Assembly (NCBI GenBank): GCA_041671365.1
Contig: JBAZBP010000001.1
Location: 261,518 to 325,517, forward strand
Reading direction: 5' to 3'
Source of the DNA: Patescibacteria group bacterium
Lineage (GTDB): Bacteria; Patescibacteriota; Patescibacteriia; Patescibacteriales; UBA12465
Length of the DNA: 64,000 nt
Both the position numbers and the translations under genes were made by a program. The notes under the pieces were generated by a model. It had not been told where the DNA came from, ran no database searches, and worked only from the letters and a program-made list of their open reading frames with translations. Each line of letters begins with the position of its first letter. Within the stretch, counting starts at the first letter, position 1. Positions 55,011-64,000 of the stretch are shown here, piece after piece.

Positions 55011-55586
55011 ATGTCTATAAAATTAGTTAAAAAATTTAAAGATAAGCAAACCCTAAGTCGCTTAAAAAACCGCGATAAAGAGGCTTTTATTGCTGTTTAT
55101 GACGCTAATGTTAAGGATATTAATCGTTTTGTTTATTTTAAAATCGGTAACCGGGAAGAGGCTAACGACCTCACATCCATGATATTTTTAAAGGCCTGGA
55201 ACCATATTCAAAATAAAACCTTGGAAGATGCCAAAACTTTACGGGCTTTGTTATATAAAATAGCTCGAAACTCCATTGTGGATTATTATCGAGAGACTGG
55301 TAATAAAGTAACAATTTCTTTAGATAATGAAGAACATAAAATTGATGTCAGTGATGATACGAAACCGACGCCGGATCGTTTGGATGAAGAAGCTAATTTA
55401 GAATTAATTAGACGTCAGCTGCCGTTTTTAAAGGAAGAATATCGCGAAGTGATTGTGATGAAATTTATTAATGATTTAAGTTTAGATGAAATAGCTGATA
55501 TTAGCGGAAAAAGTAAGGGAAATGTGCGCGTCCTTATTCATCGGGCCCTAAACGCTTTGCGCGAACTGGTTGAAGAAAGCGAATAA
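55011..55586 (+). CDS. ECF-type RNA polymerase sigma factor
   Basis: Region 2 (EANDLTSMIFLKAW...LYKIARNSIVDYYRE) and region 4 (EYREVIVMKFINDLSLDEIADISGKSKGNVRVLIHRALNALRE). Confidence 0.9.
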   Translation: MSIKLVKKFKDKQTLSRLKNRDKEAFIAVYDANVKDINRFVYFKIGNREEANDLTSMIFLKAWNHIQNKTLEDAKTLRALLYKIARNSIVDYYRETGNKVTISLDNEEHKIDVSDDTKPTPDRLDEEANLELIRRQLPFLKEEYREVIVMKFINDLSLDEIADISGKSKGNVRVLIHRALNALRELVEESE

Positions 55587-55646
55587 CTGTAACATTTATG
55601 CGGTTTTTACGTATATTAAGGTGTCAGGAAACTAATACTAAAACAA

Positions 55647-56537
55647 ATGAATAACCGCGATCTCATCTCAAAATTAAATAGTTTTAAAAAAGTTAATCCC
55701 GATCAAAAATGGCTCGACAGTAATCGAGAACTTTTGTTATCACAGATTTCTAATTCCGGTGCCGAATCTTTATCGGTGTGGAAAAATTTACTGATTACTC
55801 TGACTAGTCTGTCTAAAGCTGCGGCTCAGCCGGTTTACGCTTTAGGTATTTTTGTTTTACTGCTTATCGGCGGCAGCTTTTTTAGTCAAGGATTATTAGC
55901 CCAAACAAAACCAAACGACTCTTTATATATAGCGCGGATTATTGCGGAAAGCGTTAAATTAAATACGACTTTTGATTCGGTGGAGCGAAATAAGTTAGCG
56001 CTGCAATATGCTTCCGGCCATGCTCAAGATATCAGTTCGGTTTTAGCTAATCCGGAATTCAATAACGCGGAAAATAGTGCTCAGGTCGCGAAACTTAATA
56101 CCAGTTTTAACGAGGAAGTTAAAACCGTTAAAAATCGAATCAAGAGTTTAGTCGTTCCGGCTACTGGTCAATCAGGAGAAATAATTAATAATTCCACTAA
56201 ATCGGAAAGCGTCGATTTGGTTATCGCTGATAGTTTTAAAGATAGGCAAGGCATTTCTTTGGAGGAAAATAATTTATCGGAGAGTTTGGTTAACGGCGGT
56301 GAAAAAGTTTCTAGCGGAACGGAAAAAATTAAAGCGACCGGCACCGGAGACACCCTGAACTCCGGCGCGACTCTTACCGCCACGACTACAAATTTAAATT
56401 CCAGTACGACTTTAGAAATAATTAACCCCGCTTCGACGGCAGATAAAATTTTAGATGAAGCGCAGAAATTGTTTGATTCTAAAAATTATAGTCAAGCGGC
56501 CGATAAGTTAAAAGAAGTAGAGAAAATTATTAATTAA
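55647..56537 (+). CDS. putative anti-sigma / membrane-anchored partner of the ECF sigma
   Basis: Position directly after the sigma gene. Short cytoplasmic N-terminus, one TM helix (PVYALGIFVLLLIGGSFF), then an extracytoplasmic low-complexity part. Confidence 0.5.
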   Translation: MNNRDLISKLNSFKKVNPDQKWLDSNRELLLSQISNSGAESLSVWKNLLITLTSLSKAAAQPVYALGIFVLLLIGGSFFSQGLLAQTKPNDSLYIARIIAESVKLNTTFDSVERNKLALQYASGHAQDISSVLANPEFNNAENSAQVAKLNTSFNEEVKTVKNRIKSLVVPATGQSGEIINNSTKSESVDLVIADSFKDRQGISLEENNLSESLVNGGEKVSSGTEKIKATGTGDTLNSGATLTATTTNLNSSTTLEIINPASTADKILDEAQKLFDSKNYSQAADKLKEVEKIIN

Positions 56538-57037
56538 TTTTTTAGTCGTTATTTTTAAGCGCTAGTTTGTTAGTTTATCTCAAAATTACGGTCAATCCTT
56601 TCCGGAAGATTTCCTTCATCCGATTACGGAAGAGCCGGTTCGAGATAAATTAACAAATTCGCGGTTAGAACTTCGGTTCGAAAAAGCGGATTAACAAACC
56701 AAAGCAAGGTCGAATCTCGCAGGGCGAGATGGTTTGTTCCTTATAAACCTTATTATTTCGATTCAAAGCTGAAACAAGATGAAAAAAAATTTAAACAGTA
56801 CATCGGTTAAGCTTTTCTCCAGCCTATCGGCAACACGCACTAGGTTGGCAGAACTTATGATTTAAGATCGGTCAACCTTCGCTTTAAGCCTTAAGGGGCT
56901 GGCGGAGCGGGATTCCGACTGATGTACAGTCCAAGATTAAATTTCTCTCGTGAAAGCGGCGAATCGAACAACATATCATTTATAATTCGTTTAGACTCTA
57001 ATGTCCTAGACAATTAAAATGATCTTAACTATTATTT

Positions 57038-60000
57038 ATGAAAAAATTACGCAAATTCCTAGTCGTCGGCGTAATGGTATTATCGGTGATTGCTATGAGC
57101 GGCCTTGCGGTTGCTCCTTCAGCTAAAGCTTCGGCTTCGGCTGGTGATCTTATCAAGATGAGCGGTTTATCATCCGTTTATTACCTAGGTGCTGATGGCA
57201 AGAGATATGTTTTCCCTAATTCAGCTACTTATTTCTCTTGGTATCCTGATTTCAGCGGCGTGGTAACCATTCCGGCTTCTGAATTACAGAGCTATCCGTT
57301 GGGTGGCAATGTTACTATGAGAGCGGGTACAAAGTTAGTGAAAATTACAACCGATCCGTCGGTTTACGCTGTTACTCCTAATGGAGTATTAAGCAAAATC
57401 GGCAGTGAAGCTCAAGCTTCCGCTTTATACGGAACTGATTGGGCGAAAAGAGTCGTGGACGTTCCTGATGCTTTCTTCACTAACTACACAATTGGTGCAG
57501 CTTTAGCCAACGGTTCTGTTCCAGCCGGCTCTTTAGTAAAGAACGCCAGCTCGCCTGCCGTTTATTACTATGATGGAACCAATTATCTTTCCATTTCGAG
57601 CGAATCTGTATTTAATTCCAATCGTTTCGATTGGGCCAATGTCGTAGCTGTTAGCTCGACTATTACTGCCGGCGGTACAGCCGTTACTGGCAGCCAGTTC
57701 GTTAATGTCGCGCAAAATGGCGGTAATGGCAGTACACCTGTAACCGGTTCCGGTTTAATGGTTAGCTTAAATGCTAGTACTCCAGGAGCCCTTTCTGTAC
57801 CAAATAACGGTGCTCGCGTTCCGATGGCTAAAGTTAATTTAACTGCAGCTAATGACGGCGCTATTACTGTTAACTCTATTACTGTTAAGAGAATTGGTCT
57901 TTCCACTTACTCTAACATTAGTAAAGTTTGGGCGGAACAAGACGGCGTTATCGTCGCCTCTAAGAAGTCTATGAATTCTAACGATGAATCTATTTTAACT
58001 TTCTCTCCAGCTTTAACTATTAACGCCGGCCAGACCGTTACTTTAGATTTGCTTGTTTCTTTGAATAGCGCTTCCGGCAACGTCGGCTTAAGCATCGCTA
58101 CTGCTTCGGCGGTTAGTGCTACTTCCGCTTCTGTTTCCGGTTCTTTCCCGATTAACGGAAACTTAATGTCCCCAACCACTTATAGCGTTGTTAACTTATA
58201 TATCGCCTCGACCACTGTTTCCACCACCGTTAAAGTTGGTGATGAAAAAGTGGAATTAGGTAAATTTGAGGTTGGCTTCAATAACTATTCCGGTGGTATA
58301 GCTAAAGATGTAGTTTTGACCTCTATCATGTTAAAGAATAATGGCACCGAGGATTTATCCAAGGCGACCATGAATCTTTTTCTTGAACAGGCCGGTAATA
58401 AAGTTTCTTCTAGCTACACCATTGATGGTCGCTGGGTAACTTTTTATTTCCCGGGCACAGGTTTAAATCTTTTGAAAGATGATTCCTCTAAGATCTTTTC
58501 GATCAAAGGTGATGTTATCGCAAAAGAGAATACCGGTGACAGCTTTGTCTTTACTCTTAATAAAGGTACTGACTTAGTAGCTTATGAGAAATCAACCGGT
58601 TTTGGTGCTAATGTTTATAACACTATCAGTGGTAACACGGCGGCTGATTCTTATGCAATTTCTACCATTACTATCGACGCTGGAGCGGTTTCAGTTTCTA
58701 AGAAATCAACCTCTCCTTCCGATACTACTATCGTTAAGGGTTCGGATAATGTTGTCTTATTGGCCAATGTCCGCGCTGATGAAGCGATTACAGCCGATGG
58801 TTTAAATTTGCTTTATAGCGACGACGCTACTACTACTAATCAATTTGAGAATGTAAGAGTTTACTTAAATGGTCTTCTTTTAGATTCTTTTGATCCTTCT
58901 GCCACCACCACCGATACATCCATAGCGATTGATAGTACCTTGACTCTTAACAAGGGTGATAACGAAGTAAAAGTAATGGCTAAAGCTAAAACAACGGCTG
59001 TGGCCAGCTCTCACTTCCAAGTTAAGTTAGGTAGTACTATCTTTAACAGTATGAATCCGGAATATGTAGTTTCTGGCAATCCGGTTACTGTCGCTGTCGG
59101 CGGCACAGCCACTGGCGGTATCTTTACTGTCCAGGGTGCTACTTTAGAAACCGTTAAAAATGATGGTTATACCGATGGCAAAACCATTGTTAAAGGTTCT
59201 ACTGATGTTTCCTTAGCTAAATTTAATGTTAAGGCAACTAACGACGTTGTTCATGTAACTTCCATTTCTTTCGGTGATAACTTAGGAACTGTTTTATCTA
59301 CTTCTATCTCTGATATGAAGTTGTATGTTGACGGTTCTCCGGTTGGCAATACCACTGATTTTGGCAGTTCCGGTGTTAATTTTTCTTCGTTGAACTTTGA
59401 CATTGCCAAAGATTCAACTAAGGCGATTGAATTAAAGGGTTCTTTTGATTCTTCGGCGACTGGAACTTTCCAGACCCTGATGACTATTAGTGCCCAGGAT
59501 TCTCGCGGTACCTCTATCAATTCCGGTAATGTTGCTACAACTACATCATTCACCGTGGCTGATGCTGGTACTTTGAATGTTGCCTTAGGCGGCAATACCC
59601 CGGCTGCCGGTATGTTAGCGGCCAAGAGTGCTGAACAAGAAGTTGCTCAATTTAAGTTTACCGCTATCAATGATAGCGCCAGCTTGACTGAGTTAAACGT
59701 TGTTAACACTGCTATCGACGCAACAACAGCTACTAGTACTTCTGCTACTAGTTCGGCTGATGCCAGAATTGCCTCCGTTAAATTATATGACGGAACAACT
59801 TTAATTGATTCCTTCGTACCGGTTAGCGGTGCTGGTAAATTTACTATCACCAACGACAAGGTAAAGGTATTAGCTAATCAGAGCAAGACTTTATCTATCA
59901 AGGTTGTATTGAACAGCATTGATAATCAAGCTTCTGAAACTAATAAAGATATTCACCTGGGTATCACCACCCTGAAGTTTAAATCTTCAGCCGGTACGGA

Positions 60001-60556
60001 AACTACTCAGAATTCGAATGGAGCTACTGGCATCTTGGCCAATAACTTCCGGGTTAGAAAGACAGTTCCGACTGTGGCTTTGTTAGCCTTACCGACGACA
60101 GTATTAACTGCCGGAGAACAAGTGATCTCCAAATTTACAGTTACTGCCGACGCTAGTGGCGACGTTGAGTTACATCAGATTGCCTTAGATACTTCTAACA
60201 CCGCTAGTGCGACCATTACCGCCTTAGCTACTAGCTCGACCTTAAAAGTTAACGGTTCTTACAAGGACGTTACAGTTAGCACCAGTTCTAATCGTTTGAT
60301 TATTACTTTTGCAACAACTACTAACGAAATTGTTTCCGCTGGCAGTTCCAAGACCTTCGAAATTTTAGCTTCTCTTTCTGTAGCCGGTTCCGGTTCAGAA
60401 TCAGTTACTTCTAAGATTTCTGAAGATACTGATTACACTGTTGGCGCTACTAGTAACTTTGTTTGGTCTGATGGCGCTTCTATCGAAACTCAAACTTATT
60501 CTACTGGTTACAGAGTTAGTGGTCTAAGCACCGCGACTCAAGTAATATCTAAATAA
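57038..60556 (+). CDS. 1172-aa secreted surface (S-layer-like) protein
   Basis: Signal peptide MKKLRKFLVVGVMVLSVIAMSGLAVAPSAKA. N-terminal YYLGADGKRYVFPN module, then about 900 aa of T/S/A/V/N-rich beta-type repeats. Strong terminator downstream. Confidence 0.8.
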   Translation: MKKLRKFLVVGVMVLSVIAMSGLAVAPSAKASASAGDLIKMSGLSSVYYLGADGKRYVFPNSATYFSWYPDFSGVVTIPASELQSYPLGGNVTMRAGTKLVKITTDPSVYAVTPNGVLSKIGSEAQASALYGTDWAKRVVDVPDAFFTNYTIGAALANGSVPAGSLVKNASSPAVYYYDGTNYLSISSESVFNSNRFDWANVVAVSSTITAGGTAVTGSQFVNVAQNGGNGSTPVTGSGLMVSLNASTPGALSVPNNGARVPMAKVNLTAANDGAITVNSITVKRIGLSTYSNISKVWAEQDGVIVASKKSMNSNDESILTFSPALTINAGQTVTLDLLVSLNSASGNVGLSIATASAVSATSASVSGSFPINGNLMSPTTYSVVNLYIASTTVSTTVKVGDEKVELGKFEVGFNNYSGGIAKDVVLTSIMLKNNGTEDLSKATMNLFLEQAGNKVSSSYTIDGRWVTFYFPGTGLNLLKDDSSKIFSIKGDVIAKENTGDSFVFTLNKGTDLVAYEKSTGFGANVYNTISGNTAADSYAISTITIDAGAVSVSKKSTSPSDTTIVKGSDNVVLLANVRADEAITADGLNLLYSDDATTTNQFENVRVYLNGLLLDSFDPSATTTDTSIAIDSTLTLNKGDNEVKVMAKAKTTAVASSHFQVKLGSTIFNSMNPEYVVSGNPVTVAVGGTATGGIFTVQGATLETVKNDGYTDGKTIVKGSTDVSLAKFNVKATNDVVHVTSISFGDNLGTVLSTSISDMKLYVDGSPVGNTTDFGSSGVNFSSLNFDIAKDSTKAIELKGSFDSSATGTFQTLMTISAQDSRGTSINSGNVATTTSFTVADAGTLNVALGGNTPAAGMLAAKSAEQEVAQFKFTAINDSASLTELNVVNTAIDATTATSTSATSSADARIASVKLYDGTTLIDSFVPVSGAGKFTITNDKVKVLANQSKTLSIKVVLNSIDNQASETNKDIHLGITTLKFKSSAGTETTQNSNGATGILANNFRVRKTVPTVALLALPTTVLTAGEQVISKFTVTADASGDVELHQIALDTSNTASATITALATSSTLKVNGSYKDVTVSTSSNRLIITFATTTNEIVSAGSSKTFEILASLSVAGSGSESVTSKISEDTDYTVGATSNFVWSDGASIETQTYSTGYRVSGLSTATQVISK

Positions 60557-60589
60557 GTAGATAGAACAAAGGTCATCGACTAAGTCGAT

Positions 60590-60620
60590 AAAAAAGAGCC
60601 TCCGCAAGGGGGCTCTTTTT
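60590..60620 (+). terminator. rho-independent terminator
   Basis: GAGCCTCC-GCAA-GGGGGCTC followed by TTTTT. Confidence 0.75.
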
Positions 60621-60684
60621 GTGTAGTCTAGCTATTTACTCTGCATACTCAAGCGTGAGTTGAATCGACAGGTAATCGTGGCTA

Positions 60685-60693
60685 TGTTATAAT
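60685..60693 (+). promoter_or_regulatory. extended -10 element (TGTTATAAT) upstream of the ferritin gene
   Basis: Exact TGnTATAAT 32 nt upstream of the ATG. Confidence 0.5.
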
Positions 60694-60725
60694 TAAGTTT
60701 AATTTATTAATTAATCATTAAATAT

Positions 60726-61253
60726 ATGACAGAGAAAACCAAAGAAATAATCAATCAGCAAATTAAGGAAGAATTCTATTCGGCCTATCTTTATATCGCC
60801 TTAGCCGCTCGCTTGGAGAGCCTGAATCTTAAAGGCGCAGCCGCTTGGATGCAGGTTCAAGCTAAAGAGGAAAATGACCACGCTTTGGGCTTTTTTCGCT
60901 TTTTAGTCCAGCGCTCGGAAGAACCAAAACTTTTAGCTTTAGCTGAACCTAAAATTGCTGAACTTAAAAATATTGGGGCTATTTTTTCTGCCGGCTTGGA
61001 GCACGAGAAACATATCACCGCTCTTATTTATAAGATTTATGAAGTAGCCAGGGAAGAGAAAGATTATGCGCTGGAGTCGTTTATTCGCTGGTATATTGAC
61101 GAACAACGAGAAGAAGAAGCTAATTCCGTAGATATTATAGAAAAGATAAAAATGATTGGTGATAACGGTTCCGCTCTATATCTTTTAGATCAAGAGCTTA
61201 GTACTAGAGCTTATACGCCTTCCAGTCCGTACACGACAGGAGCCGTTAAGTAA
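60726..61253 (+). CDS. ferritin (non-haem, Ftn-like)
   Basis: EEFYSAYLYIALAARLE...QAKEENDHALGFFRFL...EHEKHIT...WYIDEQREEE ferroxidase-centre pattern. Confidence 0.9.
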   Translation: MTEKTKEIINQQIKEEFYSAYLYIALAARLESLNLKGAAAWMQVQAKEENDHALGFFRFLVQRSEEPKLLALAEPKIAELKNIGAIFSAGLEHEKHITALIYKIYEVAREEKDYALESFIRWYIDEQREEEANSVDIIEKIKMIGDNGSALYLLDQELSTRAYTPSSPYTTGAVK

Positions 61254-61296
61254 AATAGTTCCGATATTCCAGCCGTCGACAATTTGTCGGCGGCTG

Positions 61297-61305
61297 TGTT
61301 ATAAT
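61297..61305 (+). promoter_or_regulatory. extended -10 element (TGTTATAAT)
   Basis: Upstream of the O-antigen-ligase-like gene. Confidence 0.45.
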
Positions 61306-61366
61306 AAAAACGATATTTATGTCCCCTGGCGGGGTCTATTTAAAGATTAATTAATATTAAATAAAT

Positions 61367-63706
61367 ATGTCAGCTAAAACTTATTTGCGTATTTTGCAAG
61401 GCGGGTTAATCGCGTCGCTTCTGATAGTTTTTTTTGTTTTTAAGGATTTATTGTTTCCTTACATTACTTCCAAACAACTCAGTTTCAACGTGTTAATGGA
61501 ATTTTTGCTGGCCATTTGGCTGGTTTTTATTATGCGTTTTCCGGAGTATCGGCCGAAAAAAAGTTATGTTACCTGGGGTTTATTCGCTTATTTCGCGGCT
61601 ATTCTCGCCTCCTGCGCGGTCAGTGTTAATTTTACTTTGAGTTTCTGGGGTAACGCCGAACGGATGCTGGGATTTTTTCATCTTATCCATTTTTTAATTT
61701 TTTATTTAATCTTAATTACCGTTTTCCGCTCCTGGGCGGAGTGGCGGACGCTCCTGCTTTCCTCGGTTGTCGTCTCTATTTTTGTCAGTTATATCGGTTT
61801 AAAGGGTCCAGAAGCTTACAGTACCATCGGCAATACCGCTTATGTCAGCGGTTATTTGATTTTTAATATTTTTTTCAGTTTAATTTTATGGTTGCGCAGC
61901 GAGCATAAGGGTTGGCGCTGGCTTTACGCCCCGGGGGTGCTGATTATGCTCTTAGAGTTTTGGTCCTGTCATACTTCCGGCGCGATTATCGGTTTGTTTG
62001 CCAGTATTCTCCTGCTGTTTTTATTATTAGGCTTAACTCATAAAAATAAAACTCTGCGACGTTCGGCTCTGATTATTTTTATTGTCGCAATTATTGGCGT
62101 AGTCGGGATTTTTTCGCAAAATCAATCCGCTTGGTTTCAGCAAAGTTTTCTAAGAAATTTAACGACAGAAAAAGCCACTTTTCAGACGCGCTTAATATCC
62201 TGGAAAGGCGCGCTCGCCGACTTTAAATATCACCCTTGGCTCGGTACCGGCTTTGGTAATTATGCGATAATTTTTGATGCTCATTTTAACTCCAGTTTCT
62301 TTAATTATTCCACTTCCGATACTTATTTTGATCGGGCGCATAATAATTTAATTGACATTACTTCTACTACCGGCTTAGTCGGCCTGATCGCTTATTTAAG
62401 TATTTTTGCGGCCGTTATTTATTATTTAGTCAAAAAATTTAAGACTAACGGCGGCTACGTCGGAACCGATGATGCGGTTAGCCGTAAAAACCTGGAAATT
62501 ATTTTTATTATTGCGCTTTTAGCCGCTTATTTTATTCAGAATTTGGCGGTTTTTGATTCGCTGGTGACTTATATCGGCTTAATGATTATTCTCGGTTTTA
62601 TTTATTGGCTGACGGTGGGACAAGCGACGAGCGAAGAAGACGATGAGTCCGATAATAGTATTTCCTCGAAAAAATCTTTTTTAAACTTAACGTCTAACTG
62701 GGAGTGGACGGTTTTGGTTATTTTGCTCCTGCTGGCTTATATTTTTACCAGCGCTTATAATCTCAAACCTTGGCGCATGTTTCAGGAAACAATTCAGGGT
62801 TATAGCGAGATCATTAATGGAAATTTTCCGGCCGGTTTTATCGCTTATCAGGCGGCGCTGGTGGACACACCGCTTGATCATGACGCTCGCGTTACTTTAG
62901 TTAATTTATTGACTTCTAATCAGCAGATTTTAAAATCATTAACCGAGGCTTCGGCTGCGACCGATTTAAATTATGTTATTTCTTTAGCCGAAAAAAATGT
63001 GGCCGCCGGGCCGCGAGATAGTTTAGGTCAAATGCAGCTCGCTCAGATTTTGGATGCGGCGGCGCGCTTCTATTCTTCTGACTTAACTAAATTTAAAAAT
63101 TATTCCGATCAGGCTCTTCAGGCTTTGGAACGCTCTATTGCCGCCAGTCCCGGTCGAGCGCCAATCTATTTTATTAAAGCTCAAATGCTTTTAGTCCGGT
63201 CGCAAGTACTCTCGGCCAATGGAGAAAATACCGACGCGCTTAATACGGAAGCGCTAAATGTCACAAAATATGCTATCAGTTTGAATCCTAAGTATTCGGA
63301 GGGTTATTGCCGTTTAGCGCAGTTTCATTCTTTCTTAAAAGATGAGATTAACACTTGGCCGCCCCTGACGACCTGTTTAGATTTGGGTGGAGTCGTCTAT
63401 GTTAATTCCGCCTCGATTTTAGCTAATGGCTTGAATCATTATGCGAATATCAAAGACTATGCCCACGCTTTAATGCTGGCGGAACGCCTAGCCTCTTTGA
63501 GCGGAGAAGATCCGCAGATCTGGATTAATTTAGCTAGATTATATTTCCTTTCCGGTGAAAATTCCAAAGCGGAAGCGGCGGCGCAAAAAGCGATTAGCAT
63601 GGACAAGACTTTAAGCCAGGCTTGGACGGATTTTAAGCAAAAGTTCGGGAACTCTTCGTCCTCAAGCGTTTCGGCAAGCAGTTCGCCGGCAACCGGAAGA
63701 AAATAA
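61367..63706 (+). CDS. O-antigen ligase (Wzy_C) family polytopic membrane protein with C-terminal TPR-like domain
   Basis: About 10 TM helices, FDRAHNNLIDITSTTGLVGL (Wzy_C-type loop), then repeated A/L/Y-rich helical repeats and a Ser-rich tail. Confidence 0.8.
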   Translation: MSAKTYLRILQGGLIASLLIVFFVFKDLLFPYITSKQLSFNVLMEFLLAIWLVFIMRFPEYRPKKSYVTWGLFAYFAAILASCAVSVNFTLSFWGNAERMLGFFHLIHFLIFYLILITVFRSWAEWRTLLLSSVVVSIFVSYIGLKGPEAYSTIGNTAYVSGYLIFNIFFSLILWLRSEHKGWRWLYAPGVLIMLLEFWSCHTSGAIIGLFASILLLFLLLGLTHKNKTLRRSALIIFIVAIIGVVGIFSQNQSAWFQQSFLRNLTTEKATFQTRLISWKGALADFKYHPWLGTGFGNYAIIFDAHFNSSFFNYSTSDTYFDRAHNNLIDITSTTGLVGLIAYLSIFAAVIYYLVKKFKTNGGYVGTDDAVSRKNLEIIFIIALLAAYFIQNLAVFDSLVTYIGLMIILGFIYWLTVGQATSEEDDESDNSISSKKSFLNLTSNWEWTVLVILLLLAYIFTSAYNLKPWRMFQETIQGYSEIINGNFPAGFIAYQAALVDTPLDHDARVTLVNLLTSNQQILKSLTEASAATDLNYVISLAEKNVAAGPRDSLGQMQLAQILDAAARFYSSDLTKFKNYSDQALQALERSIAASPGRAPIYFIKAQMLLVRSQVLSANGENTDALNTEALNVTKYAISLNPKYSEGYCRLAQFHSFLKDEINTWPPLTTCLDLGGVVYVNSASILANGLNHYANIKDYAHALMLAERLASLSGEDPQIWINLARLYFLSGENSKAEAAAQKAISMDKTLSQAWTDFKQKFGNSSSSSVSASSSPATGRK

Positions 63707-63735
63707 AAATTAAAATCTAAAATAAATATGAAGAG

Positions 63736-63764
63736 AAATCAGACCACTTGGTCTGATTTTTTTT
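63736..63764 (+). terminator. rho-independent terminator
   Basis: AATCAGACC-ACTT-GGTCTGATT followed by TTTTTT. Confidence 0.75.
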
Positions 63765-63898
63765 GTCGGTGAAAATTATCGTATATTCGGAATTTTTCTT
63801 AATCTAGAGATCGATTAAGTCTTTAAAATTAATTTAAAAAAACATCAGGGTTACTTTGCTATAGTAGGGGCATTAATAATTAATAATTTTACGCTCTA

Positions 63899-64000
63899 TG
63901 TTTAAATTAAAAACAAAATTAGTCGGTGTTCTGGAATGGTTTAAAAAACATTCTTTCGCAAAATGGCTAAGAAAACGTTCTTTAGTTCAAAAATTTGAAC
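63899..64000 (+). CDS. 5' end of an unidentified ORF running off the window
   Basis: ATG at 63899 opens MFKLKTKLVGVLEWFKKHSFAKWLRKRSLVQKFE with no stop before the edge. Preceded by TGCTATAGT at 63857-63865. Confidence 0.3.

Noticed and set aside
54797-55030. 77-aa + strand ORF upstream of and overlapping the ECF sigma start.
   Set aside because: It has a TTG start and no RBS. It reads through the GC-rich nested hairpin (LSALPTGQAGGKQ) and overlaps the sigma gene, so it is most likely non-coding leader.
56637-56681. Two GGTTCGA T-loop-like heptamers (56637-56643 and 56675-56681), suggesting tRNA genes.
   Set aside because: Neither is flanked by a matching 5-bp T-stem plus 7-bp acceptor stem, and no cloverleaf can be drawn. 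I found no convincing tRNA anywhere in the window.
56895-56919. GGGGCTGGCGGAGCGGGATTCCGAC resembles the tmRNA 5' end (GGGGCUG....GGAUUCGAC).
   Set aside because: The GGAUUCGAC box has an extra C. No T-arm or ...CCA acceptor partner lies within about 400 nt, and the surface-protein CDS starts only 119 nt after the motif ends. No tag reading frame or permuted arrangement could be found either.
57533-59859. Five minus-strand ORFs (60-124 aa) and one + strand ORF (58584-58805) within the surface-protein gene.
   Set aside because: These are antisense or alternative-frame products of a long repetitive T/S/A/V-rich CDS that is poor in stop codons on the opposite strand. They have no start context or motifs.
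1-64000. Scan for CRISPR arrays, rRNA genes, transposases/integrases, IS ends and prophage blocks.
   Set aside because: No regularly spaced direct repeats, no rRNA-like conserved segments and no recombinase-like ORFs were seen. The only excisionase-like HTH (54155-54418) is not accompanied by an integrase or att-like repeats, so no mobile element is called.

Overview
AT-rich, gene-dense bacterial chromosome segment, mostly + strand, with short intergenic gaps and several overlapping stop/start pairs. The gene content suggests a Candidate Phyla Radiation / Patescibacteria-like fermentative organism. This is an inference from content only: [FeFe]-hydrogenase, scattered lower-glycolysis genes, DUF4012 and HARE-HTH proteins, and large T/S/A-rich surface proteins. 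Housekeeping genes recognised: tgt, pyk, eno, rlmN, Fe/Mn SOD, rpsB-tsf, gap, cca, the secE-nusG-rplK-rplA block on the minus strand, uppS, greA, typA, csp, HU and ferritin. Envelope genes: an RmlA/GT2/GT4/DUF4012/DUF11 cluster, then LtaS-like/UppS/PAP2/GpsA, then an O-antigen-ligase-TPR protein. I saw no rRNA, tRNA, CRISPR array, transposase or integrase. The most unusual locus is a tightly coupled operon at 48855-53546. It encodes a fused double ATP-grasp ligase, a FemAB/CelD-like GNAT and two SET-domain methyltransferases, and lies just upstream of the HU gene. Other points worth a second look: three TTAAGTC-N12-GACTTAA palindromes between a small HTH gene and an ECF sigma/anti-sigma pair; a ~500-nt non-coding leader before a 1172-aa surface protein; an isolated gene encoding an internally duplicated protein; a 1-nt frameshift in rplA; a Tgt without its zinc ligands; an orphan promoter-to-terminator unit with no annotated ORF; and two nested GC-core hairpin elements. 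Functional calls rest on motif recognition by eye, and no database search was possible.
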